From: Candidatus Dadabacteria bacterium
Lineage (GTDB): Bacteria > Desulfobacterota_D > UBA1144 > Nemesobacterales > CSP1-2
Assembly: GCA_963805855.1 (NCBI GenBank)
Contig: CAWDVW010000005.1
Location: 608,001 to 672,000, forward strand
DNA: 64,000 bases
Direction: 5' to 3'
Each line of letters starts with the position of its first letter. Positions within the stretch are counted from its first letter, which is position 1. Below, piece by piece: positions 10,053-18,912 of this stretch. The notes beneath the pieces are model-generated. The model made no database searches, was not told where the DNA came from, and saw only the letters and a list, made by a program, of their open reading frames with translations. The translations under genes were made by a program, and so were the position numbers.

Positions 10053-11060
10053 ATGAGAGAAATAGCTTTGCCGGGTAAAGACTTAAGCGAACACTTCGTC
10101 AAGCCCGAACTGTTAATCGTACATGATCCAACCGAATTTGACGCATTTCAGGGATTTTCTGAGTGCCGAGGAGACGATGATCTGCTAGGTAAGTTCCTAT
10201 TTCGTGAGCGGCCTGACGCTGGCAGAGCCCACGCTCAGCATGTAAAGTTTGTCGAGAGTCTTAAGAAACATGTGGAGGTAAAATACCTGGCAGAAATCTT
10301 AGGTAATTCCCATCTGCCGATTTACGAGAAATTCCTCAGAAAAAATCCGAATCATATGTATACACACGATGCAATAATAACAATCCCATGGGTGCCCGAT
10401 GGATATATACTGGCGAACATGAGGAAAGAGATTCGAAGAAACGAGCCGGCCGTACTGGCAAAGGTAGCGGAAAATCTGGGACTTAACGAAATCCTGACTA
10501 TTCCCTCTCACCTTTACCTTGAGGGCGGAGATGTTATGCCCTTCTGCTATGGCAGAAAGAGAGCATTACTGATGGGTTATGGCCCCAGAACATCAATAGA
10601 AACACTTTACTTTCTCAGGGAAATCCTGGTGACTGACGGAATCGTTGATGAAATTGTTGGATTCAAATTAGCCGAATGGAGACTAAATCTCGACGGTTGC
10701 TTCTTCCCCGTCTCTGATAGAATGATAGTATCCAATCCTGGTAGCATCTTAGAAGGAATATTACTTGGTCGAGATTATACCAGGCAGATCAACCCTATTG
10801 AGTATTTCAGAGGACTCGGTTTTGTGATTGTCGAAGCAACCCGGGAAGAATCCTACCAACTTCAGGCGTGCAATTTTGTGTGCCTGGAAAAAGGAAAGCT
10901 CGCGGCATACAACATGACCGAAAGAATTAATAACATTCTGAGGGATCAAGGGCTGGAAGTAATTGGCGTTGAGGGCGACCAATTAGTCAAGGGGAATGGC
11001 GGTCCCCATTGTATGACAAGGCCTGTTTACAAACTAGTTAGAATTCATAGCTCGAGTTAA
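10053..11060 (+). CDS. Arginine deiminase / amidinotransferase (pentein) superfamily protein
   Basis: AQHVKFVESL, YTHDA, LEGGDV, NLDG, ACNFVCL, C-terminal GGPHCMTRP with catalytic Cys. Confidence 0.85.
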   Translation: MREIALPGKDLSEHFVKPELLIVHDPTEFDAFQGFSECRGDDDLLGKFLFRERPDAGRAHAQHVKFVESLKKHVEVKYLAEILGNSHLPIYEKFLRKNPNHMYTHDAIITIPWVPDGYILANMRKEIRRNEPAVLAKVAENLGLNEILTIPSHLYLEGGDVMPFCYGRKRALLMGYGPRTSIETLYFLREILVTDGIVDEIVGFKLAEWRLNLDGCFFPVSDRMIVSNPGSILEGILLGRDYTRQINPIEYFRGLGFVIVEATREESYQLQACNFVCLEKGKLAAYNMTERINNILRDQGLEVIGVEGDQLVKGNGGPHCMTRPVYKLVRIHSSS

Positions 11061-11117
11061 AAGAAAAGCCCCGGGATAGTCTCCCCCCCCAGTCTTGCTG
11101 GTCGGATGATGCGGTGC

Positions 11118-12445
11118 AACGAGCAAGACTCGTGACCTACCCATAAAAAACGCATCATACCCAAGCTGGGTCGCAAAACAGACTCGCTGGGGGATAATCA
11201 AATGTCACGAGCAAGATGTAGCGGAGGTCTTTAGTCCTCCCCTACATAAAACAGGGTTATGATTATTGCGGTGGCGACCTCCAGACACCGGTGATCTCGG
11301 CGACTGAACGTAGCGGAAACCTTTAGGTTTCCGCCCGATATGTTTCATCCATGACGGGGTTGGAGAACCCCGCCTATCGTAATAGGTGACGGAATATCAG
11401 ATTGAGGATAGTCGGGACATTCTTGTCCCGATAGGTTTCCATTCCATTGATTTTCTGGAGGACTAAAGTTCTCCGCTACATAAAGGAGTGCTTATGATTA
11501 TTGCGGTGGCGACATTCCAGACACCGGTCATCTCAGCGACTAAACGTAGCGAAAACCACTAGGTTCCCACCTCATATGTTTTATCCATGCAGGGGTGGAA
11601 AACCCCGCCTATCGATTATACATGACGGTATTTACTAGAAAGTCGGGACATTTTTGTCCCGATAGGTTTCTATTCCATGATTTCATGGAGGACTTTTAAG
11701 TCCTCCCGCTACATAAAGACAGGGTTATGATTATTGCGGTGGCGACCTCCAGACACGGTGATCTCAGTGACTAAATGTAGCGGAAACCTTTAGGTTTCCA
11801 CCCGATATGTTTCATCCATGCAGGGTTGGAAAACCCCGCCTATCCTTTCTGTCATTCCCGCGGATTGTAAGCGGGAATCCATGCTCTTGTCTATCGTTAT
11901 TCATGACGGTATTTACTATGGATAGTCGGGACATTCTGTCCCGCAATTGGAACATCCCAGGGAGGTCACGAGTCTTGCTCGCTGCAATATTACTCCCCTT
12001 TCGTAAAAGGGGAAGTACATCAATGCCGGAGGACTAAAGTCCTCCGCTACATAAACCAGGGTTATGATTATTGAGGTGAAGACCTTCAGACATCGGTATA
12101 TCCGTGACTAAATGTAGCGGAAACCTTTAGGTTCCCACCCGATATGTTTCATCCATGCAGGGGTGGAAAACCCCGCCTATCGTTATTCATGACGGTATTT
12201 AACTATGAATAGTCGGGACATTTTTGTCCCGATAGGTATTCCATTCCATGGATTTTATGGAGCGACTAATAGTCCTCCGCTACATAAAGGAGGGTCAGAT
12301 TATTGTCGGTGGCGACCTCCAGACCCCGGTGATCTAAAGGGGGAGTACATCGTAGCTGGAGGACCTTTAGAGTCCTCCGCCCACATCATTTTTATCCAGC
12401 GGTAGTTTTGTGAGAACCCCGCCTACCTAACGTGCAGGAATGACA
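11118..12445. repeat. Tandem array of ~4.5 copies of a ~230 bp composite REP (BIME-like) unit
   Basis: Units start at about 11223, 11457, 11687, 12028 and 12259. Each has GGAGGACTAAAGTCCTCCGCTAC, GTGGCGACCTCCAGACACCGG, GTAGCGGAAACCTTTAGGTTTCC, GGGGTTGGAAAACCCCGCCTATC and GATAGTCGGGACATTYTTGTCCCG in the same order; the last unit is partial. Confidence 0.9.
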
Positions 12446-12490
12446 AAAACCAGGGGGTCGGTTGGCAAACGAAAAAAATCTCCGAAGCCT

Positions 12491-13566
12491 CTAATGATTC
12501 GGGGCGTCGGAGATAAATGCAACTTCAATCAGATTACATACAGTGATGGTCTAATTGCCCATCTATAGGCTCCAACTAACGTCTATCTTTTCCGATAGTA
12601 TCCTCAGATGGCTACTGAGTCCTTGACTTCCTAGGCAAAATTGCATCCCTTTTCGCAACTAGCAGGTACATCAGAATGATCCTCATTAGATTGTACGCGA
12701 CTGGATGCGGACTTACCGATACTGCGAATGCGCCGTCTGAAAGATATGGCGTTACCATGTAAACAATTGTCGCACATCATCCTCCAAAGCACTAAGATGC
12801 GTAGTACATCTAAACACACATGATCCTGAACCATGGCTGGTCGCACCTGTCAACGTGCGAACTTCAAGGGGTGGGCCTGGATCATACGGAATTAAATACA
12901 ATCATCTGGATCAGCGCGTATATATCAGCCGTTAACAGCTGACATTCAACAAGGTCTCCCTCGATAACTTGCCCCTGAGGCAATTGTTACGGTAATGAAG
13001 GCTGTTAGATCCATACCATCGTCAACCATAAGTGTGGTCGACACTCCGCCGATATCCTCTACATCTTCGCAGTAGGCCACCGCTAAAGGTCCACTGCAAT
13101 CGCCGCTGTTTAAATTCGGAATATCATCGTCACAGCTCGATCGGGCGTTGGACATGGGGGCAGAGGTAGTGGTGTCGGAGTAGGCGTTGGTGTAGGTGTT
13201 GGGGTTGGACTTACAGTCGGAGTTGGAGTTGGGGTTGCGGTCGGCATAGGCGTAGGGGTTGGAGATGGCGTCGGAGTTGCGGGTTGGCTGAGGCGTTGGA
13301 CTTGCAGTAGGAGTAGGTGTTGGAGTCGCAAACGGCTGGCAATTCCCCGTATCAATACTACATTGCTGATTCGGGAAGAATGCTCCTCCGTCTTGACTAC
13401 AAGAATTAGCAGTTACATCAGTTCCTGCCTGGCAGAAATCAAGAAATTCACAGCAATTTATTTTCCGTCCCCCATTGTTGTCATCGCAACCACTAATAAA
13501 CACAAAAACCGCAACATTTAAAAATAATACTGCTACTAGAGCTTTAAAGACCCGTATCCTACTCAT
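12491..13566 (-). pseudogene. Multiply frameshifted Pro/Thr-linker, Cys-rich lipoprotein gene (pseudogene or local sequence error)
   Basis: AAGGAGG RBS and lipobox ISGC. The PTPTP linker jumps from the 12946..13566 frame into the 13110..13355 frame and back; further coding-like fragments continue in shifted frames, so the 3' end is uncertain. Confidence 0.6.
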
Positions 13567-13804
13567 AATGCATCCTCCTTATCGATTATTGTACTATAAC
13601 GAAAATCTCTATAATTTTTTCTCTTAATCACTTCCAGTTATGATCGATATATTCTGAAAAAACTTTCATCGCTCACGGATAGACCGGATTTGATTTAATT
13701 GAAACATTCCCAAATACCAGTCCATGCTATCATAATACTAAGTCTATTTCAAGAGCAGAATTAGATAATATAAAAATTTCTTGAAAATGAAGAACCTGCA
13801 CCAG

Positions 13805-14247
13805 ACTTGTCCTCGAAAGCATTTATCGGGGAAACATGCGGGGTTGGAAAACCACGCCTATCGTTTCTGTCATCCCCGAAGACTCCCCGCCAGATGCATG
13901 CGGAGACAGGCTTAATCGATGATCCACGCATTAAGATCATGGATTCCCGCTAACAATCCGCGGGAATGACAGGATGGCCGGATTCCTACTTACCGAGTGC
14001 GACATCAAGTTTGTCATCCCCGAGGACTCCCCGCCAGATGCATGCGGGGACAGGCTTTGTCGGGGATCCATCCCCACTAAAAACACGTGGGGACAAGCTC
14101 TTCTGGATTCCCAATAACGGCATTTGGGAATGACAAAGGGAGCGATGGAGTCCCTATTAAGGCAACCGTTTTGTCATCCCCGAACGCAGTGATCGGGGAT
14201 CCATGTGTTTTCTTCTGGATTCCAGCTAACAATCCGCGGGAATGACA
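13805..14247. repeat. Cluster of TGTCAT(T/C)CCCG..CGGG(G/A)ATCCA palindromes in inverted pairs, with nested inserts
   Basis: Forward copies at about 13868, 14012 and 14172; reverse copies ending GGGAATGACA at about 13970, 14134 and 14246. Confidence 0.9.
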
Positions 14248-14268
14248 GAAGAGAGAACATGCTCTCAC

Positions 14269-14559
14269 TTATCCAATCACCTCCACGTACAAATCTTCCC
14301 AATTTCGATTGAACTTCTCGATCAGTTCTATTTTCCATCTTCGGTTCCACTTTTTTAACCTCTTCTCTCTTTCGATTGCGCTGTAGATATCAGGAGTCTC
14401 TTCATAATAAACTAATTTGTGTACCGAATATTTTTTTGTAAATCCCTCAACGATATTATTTTTATGTTCATAAACTCTCTTAATTAGATTATTGGTGACA
14501 CCAATGTACAGGGTCCCGTTTCTTTTACTCGCCATTATATAGACGAAGTATGTATTCAT
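14269..14559 (-). CDS. Small GIY-YIG nuclease family protein
   Basis: YFVYIMASKRNGTLYIGVTNNLIKRVYEHK, AIEREKRLKKWNRRWK, N-x-x-WEDL; GGAGG RBS. Confidence 0.92.
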   Translation of the reverse strand: MNTYFVYIMASKRNGTLYIGVTNNLIKRVYEHKNNIVEGFTKKYSVHKLVYYEETPDIYSAIEREKRLKKWNRRWKIELIEKFNRNWEDLYVEVIG

Positions 14560-14588
14560 AGCCTCCGGGCATTTGAATAGTTATATTG

Positions 14589-14616
14589 AAAGTATAATGC
14601 TTTTTGCAGTTGTCAA
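14589..14616 (-). promoter_or_regulatory. Possible sigma70-type promoter for the GIY-YIG gene
   Basis: Minus strand TTGACA-N16-TACTTT about 30 bp upstream of the ATG. Confidence 0.4.
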
Positions 14617-14634
14617 ACCGGAGGACTCCTCAAT

Positions 14635-14707
14635 TGTCATCCCCGAGGATTTTAATCGGGGATCCATTCGTTTGTCTATGGATTCACAATAAAGGCTTTT
14701 GGTGACA
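14635..14707. repeat. TGTCATCCCCG palindrome plus degenerate inverted partner on the other flank of the GIY-YIG gene
   Basis: TGTCATCCCCGAGGATTTTAATCGGGGATCCA followed by TGGATTCAC...GGTGACA. Confidence 0.8.
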
Positions 14708-14791
14708 AAAGAAAATTTAAATTTTCAAACATGTTCGTTATTTTTCGTTTTTTGTTTATAATTAGTTCAATTTAATTTCTTCCATACCGCG

Positions 14792-15784
14792 ATGAAGAGA
14801 CTCCTTATTCTATGCCTTTTATTAATCACGACTAATGCCAGTGCAATACAAACCTTCAAATCCGAAAGACAGACTGATTATTTCAACTTTAAGGCCAAAT
14901 GCTCCGCAATAAAGAGTGACTGGAATAAACAGGGCTCTTTAATTTTCACGGAATATAAATTTATCGATGAGGAAACTGGAGAAGAAGTATCAATAAAGAA
15001 ATTGGGGGGGAAGGTGGGCGATATTGAGCTGGTAGTGCCCGATTTGCCCAATTTTGAGGTAGGTGATGCGTACCTTCTTTCACTGAGTAGAAACGAAGAG
15101 AATTCCGAACTCATTCTGGAAGATCTAGAACCTTTGAATACGACAAATATTCAACCCCGTAATATCACAGCCTTTCCCGTTTCGGGCACATTCGTTTTTG
15201 CAAGGTGGGAGAATATCCCGGTTGACTTTCGAGTTGACCCGGGAACGCTGGGTGGTGGAAATGGAATGACCATAATACAGCAGGCTTGTTCTGCCTGGAA
15301 CTCTATTAATAACGCCCCTAATATATGTGGAAGTATGAGCGTGGGCGCAACCGACGTTACCGGATCAAACTTCGACAGCATAGCGAGACCGGATGATGGT
15401 ATAAATGATGTAATATTCGACGAGGACGGTTCTATTATTAGTTCAATGGGGGGTTCTCCAAACAGCACACTAGGAATAGGAGGATTTTTCCAAGCCACCA
15501 CATCGGGTGAAATATTGGACGGGTTTATCGTATTAAATGGAACAACCACTCAAGCGGACTTCGTAGCGACAGCAACTCATGAGCTCGGTCATACCTGGGG
15601 AATCGGTCACACTGCCGTAGGAATGGTCAATGATTTTTTCAGTGATCAAGGGTTAGATCCAATAGACATAGCAAGACTTCCAACGATGTATCCTTTGAGT
15701 AATCCCTTGGATGACACTTTTGGCAGGACATTGGAGCCTGACGACATTGCCGCATTTATGACACTTTACGGTACTGCACAGTGA
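14792..15784 (+). CDS. Secreted matrixin-like zinc metalloprotease (metzincin)
   Basis: Signal peptide (NASA), HELGHTWGIGH zinc motif, Met-turn TMYP, LEPDDI..F..LYG. Confidence 0.85.
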   Translation: MKRLLILCLLLITTNASAIQTFKSERQTDYFNFKAKCSAIKSDWNKQGSLIFTEYKFIDEETGEEVSIKKLGGKVGDIELVVPDLPNFEVGDAYLLSLSRNEENSELILEDLEPLNTTNIQPRNITAFPVSGTFVFARWENIPVDFRVDPGTLGGGNGMTIIQQACSAWNSINNAPNICGSMSVGATDVTGSNFDSIARPDDGINDVIFDEDGSIISSMGGSPNSTLGIGGFFQATTSGEILDGFIVLNGTTTQADFVATATHELGHTWGIGHTAVGMVNDFFSDQGLDPIDIARLPTMYPLSNPLDDTFGRTLEPDDIAAFMTLYGTAQ

Positions 15785-16506
15785 AGATGAGAAAGCTATT
15801 AATACCGATTTTATGTATGATTTTTTTTTATTCATGCGGCCAAAGTGGTAATGATGGATCACCTCGAACAAATAATCCGCGCCCTACACAGATGGCAACT
15901 CCACAACCGACACCCAGTCCGCCTACCGAGACTGAACCGCCGGTAGCACCTTCTCCTAGTCCTGGACCGACTTCCACACCCCAACCAGAGCCCGCGCCAG
16001 GACCGACTCCGACGCCTGACCCGGCTCCCACGCCCGAGCCCACTATGACACCTGAACCTAGTCCAACTCCAACCCCAAATCCCGTAGACAACCCTCCGAC
16101 TCAATCCTCCAGCTTTGGCGCTATCAGGGGAATGGTGACTACATCTGGGGGATCACCTCTTAATGCTGTTCATGTAAGGGCAGTTAACGTGACTAATAAC
16201 GGCATTCAGATAGGTGCATTTTCAGGAATTGACAGCGGCTTAACCCTGAGGGACGGGGCCTATTTTATACAAGGTGTGCCACCAGGAAAATACAGGGTCT
16301 TGATTGAAAAAATAGATGGAAGGGGAAATGTAACTCCAAACACACTTGGAAGCTTTGTTTCATCAAACGCCCCTAATTTAGTATTCTCGGATGAATACTA
16401 CAATGCAGAAAGAGAATCCGATAACGACAACCCAGATGATTTTGAAGAAGTAACAGTCTTCGCAGATCAAATAACCGATGGTGTCAATTTCATCACGAAT
16501 GATTGA
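15781..16506 (+). CDS. Lipoprotein with Pro/Thr linker and carboxypeptidase-regulatory-like (prealbumin-like) domain
   Basis: Lipobox FYSC, long PT/PEP linker, GAIRGMVT...DGAYFIQGVPPGKYRV; overlaps the upstream stop codon (GTGA). Confidence 0.75.
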   Translation: MKMRKLLIPILCMIFFYSCGQSGNDGSPRTNNPRPTQMATPQPTPSPPTETEPPVAPSPSPGPTSTPQPEPAPGPTPTPDPAPTPEPTMTPEPSPTPTPNPVDNPPTQSSSFGAIRGMVTTSGGSPLNAVHVRAVNVTNNGIQIGAFSGIDSGLTLRDGAYFIQGVPPGKYRVLIEKIDGRGNVTPNTLGSFVSSNAPNLVFSDEYYNAERESDNDNPDDFEEVTVFADQITDGVNFITND

Positions 16507-16569
16507 AAAATGAATCATCCTGATGCGGTCTGCAGGAAATCAGCACATCAAAAATCAGCCTCTTCTTTC

Positions 16570-16990
16570 GCTTCGAGGAATCCGGAGCTTTGTCAAAAAG
16601 GAGATTGCTTCGGGATAAAACGCCTCGGAAAGCTTTGTGGAGGACTAAAGTCCTCCGCTACACAAAATTAGTATGATAGTTAAATGTAGCGGAAACCTTC
16701 CTTCGACGGGCTGGACAGGTTAGGTTTCCAATCTTTATGTTTTGTACTCGAACCTCTCCATCGGGTAGCATTTGGGAATGACACCCGGTTTGTCATCCCC
16801 GAGGATAGTCGTCGGGGATCCATGCCTTTTTTTCTGGATTCCCGCTACCAATCCACGGGAATGACAAAAGGCGGGAATAACGGGTCGTGAGTTTGCTTCA
16901 ATATCGGAGTTTGTCCGTAGTAAATCGAAGGCCAAACTTCGCAATTATGAGGGGTCGGTTGTCATCGCGAAGATATCGAAGCGATCGCCT
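16570..16990. repeat. Mixed REP cluster
   Basis: GGAGGACTAAAGTCCTCCGCTAC (~16639), interrupted GTAGCGGAAACCT..TTAGGTTTCC (~16686), TGTCATCCCCG/GGGAATGACA pairs (16775-16866), GAGATTGCTTCG and TGTCATCGCGA..GAAGCGATC variants. Confidence 0.85.
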
Positions 16991-17076
16991 ACCTAAATTG
17001 AGCTAATTACTGTCTTGCAGGGTTAAAGGAAATTCGCCAGTTGAATCGTGGAATAAAACAGAGACAAGTCTAATCC

Positions 17077-18795
17077 TTGAATAAGAAAAAATCTTTCAAG
17101 TCTTTACTATCCAAACACAAGTCGTCAATAATTCTGGGTCTTATCGCCTTGTCCATTGTCGACCTCGCTCAGATCGCCATTCCATTAATTGTTGAAAGGG
17201 TTGTCGATGTTCTGACCGCCGGTGATGCAAGAATTCAACAGATCACTCGATATGCTCTATATTTTCTGATAATAGGGTTTGTAATGGGTTTATTTGGTTT
17301 CGTCTGGCGATATTTTTTACTCGGAGTGGCTAGGGAAATAGAATACAGGCTGAGAAATGAATATTTTTCCCACTTACAAAGTCTAGACTTCAGCTTTTTT
17401 TCAAAGAGAACGGTCGGAGACCTGATGGCCCGCAATGTGAACGATATAGAGGCCGTTCGAGCAGCCTGCGGATTGGGAGTCATTGTAGGTTTTGAGGGGA
17501 TATTTCTATTCTCATTTATCGTTCCTACAATGCTTTTCGTCTCTCCCAGTCTGACCTTCTTTACACTCATCCCCTTTACTGTACTAGGATATGTCATTTT
17601 CAAATTTGGGAAAATGATAGAAGATCGCTTTAGGATGGTTCAGGATTCGTTCTCAAGACTCACGGAAACTGCCAGAGAAATCTTATCGGCAATCAAGGTG
17701 ATAAAAGGGGGTGTTCGACAAGGATACGAGGAAAGAAGGTTTGCAACCGAAAGCAACGATTATGTTAAGAATAACCTCTTTCTGATAAGAATCTGGGGCA
17801 TATACGAACCCCTGATCGCCTTTATACCGGGGATATCAATAGCGATCTTCCTCTGGCTGGGTGGTAGAAGCGCCATAACAAACCATATTACCCTTGGAGA
17901 CTTCGCCGCGATCCTGTTCTACCTGGTGATGCTTATATGGCCGGTAATCGCAATCGGTTGGGCTTCGAACCTTTTCAAGCGAGGAAATGCATCGATCAAA
18001 CGGATAAACGAAATCCTCGAAACTCAACCTGCCATGACCGAAAGCCCAGATAAAATCGAGCCAACGATTGAAGGAGATATAGAGTTTAGAAACCTGAATT
18101 TTTCCTACAATGGAAATCCGGCGTTAAGCGGAGTTAACTTATCAATTCCGATCGGAACGGGTTTGGGTATAACGGGAACGACCGGCTCGGGGAAAACCAC
18201 ATTATTAGAGTTACTCGTGGGCATATTGCAGATCCCTGAGGGCAGGATTTTTGTGGACAGGATTGATATAAGAAACATTAACCCGAAGAGTTTAAGAAAA
18301 GGAATAGTCTTTGTACCCCGAGAATCAATAATCTTTAATGGAACAATCCTGGAAAACCTCTCCTTTATGAATCCTGAGATCTCCTACAGCCAGGCAATTG
18401 AAGCCGCCAAAACTTCAGAGATTCATGATGAGGTCGTACATTTCCAAGACGGATTCAATACGATTGTCGGTGAAAGAGGGCTCAGCCTTTCCGGGGGTCA
18501 AAGGCAGCGGTTAGCGCTGGCGAGAGCAATACTCCTGAGACCGAAGGTATTGGTACTCGATGATGTGCTTTCTTCGCTTGACCTAAGAACCGAAAGCGCG
18601 GTCCTTAGAAATATCCGAAAGGCCATGGCGGAAAGAACACTGATCGTAGTGTCTAGCAGGGCACCCTCGATTAGTAACTTCGACAGGATTGCCGTTTTTG
18701 AAAGGGGAAAGGTCGTAGAAATGGGAAATCACAATGAGCTCTTATCGATGAAGGGGATTTACGAAAAACTCTATAATCTACATTCATTCAGGTAG
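17077..18795 (+). CDS. ABC exporter, fused permease/ATPase (MdlA/YheI-like), heterodimer subunit 1
   Basis: TM domain with VGDLMAR, Walker A GTTGSGKT, LSGGQRQR, non-canonical Walker B VLDD and switch VSSR. Confidence 0.92.
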   Translation: MNKKKSFKSLLSKHKSSIILGLIALSIVDLAQIAIPLIVERVVDVLTAGDARIQQITRYALYFLIIGFVMGLFGFVWRYFLLGVAREIEYRLRNEYFSHLQSLDFSFFSKRTVGDLMARNVNDIEAVRAACGLGVIVGFEGIFLFSFIVPTMLFVSPSLTFFTLIPFTVLGYVIFKFGKMIEDRFRMVQDSFSRLTETAREILSAIKVIKGGVRQGYEERRFATESNDYVKNNLFLIRIWGIYEPLIAFIPGISIAIFLWLGGRSAITNHITLGDFAAILFYLVMLIWPVIAIGWASNLFKRGNASIKRINEILETQPAMTESPDKIEPTIEGDIEFRNLNFSYNGNPALSGVNLSIPIGTGLGITGTTGSGKTTLLELLVGILQIPEGRIFVDRIDIRNINPKSLRKGIVFVPRESIIFNGTILENLSFMNPEISYSQAIEAAKTSEIHDEVVHFQDGFNTIVGERGLSLSGGQRQRLALARAILLRPKVLVLDDVLSSLDLRTESAVLRNIRKAMAERTLIVVSSRAPSISNFDRIAVFERGKVVEMGNHNELLSMKGIYEKLYNLHSFR

Positions 18796-18912
18796 GAAAC
18801 AATTATCGAAGCGAAGATAAACGGGGTTTTGAGGTAAACGAAATCTTCGATGAAATAACTGGGCATTTAAGGTTGAAAACAGTGTAAAGAATACGCATCT
18901 CCATATACTAAA

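Noticed and set aside
11807-12405. Short ORFs 11807..12037 and 12205..12405
   Set aside because: Translations of REP repeats with no protein features
11118-12445. CRISPR array
   Set aside because: Sequences between the palindromes are conserved rather than unique spacers, the period is ~230 bp, and no cas genes are present
14077-14268. 63 aa ORF downstream of the GIY-YIG gene (and the similar 16735..16944 and 60880..61065)
   Set aside because: CHSRGL.AGIQ-type peptides are simply the palindromic repeats read through
15828-16104. Gly/Val- and Arg-rich minus-strand ORFs
   Set aside because: Antisense of the Pro/Thr linker
11061-17000. Autonomous IS or RAYT transposase explaining the REPs
   Set aside because: No DDE, HUH or recombinase ORF found in the interval
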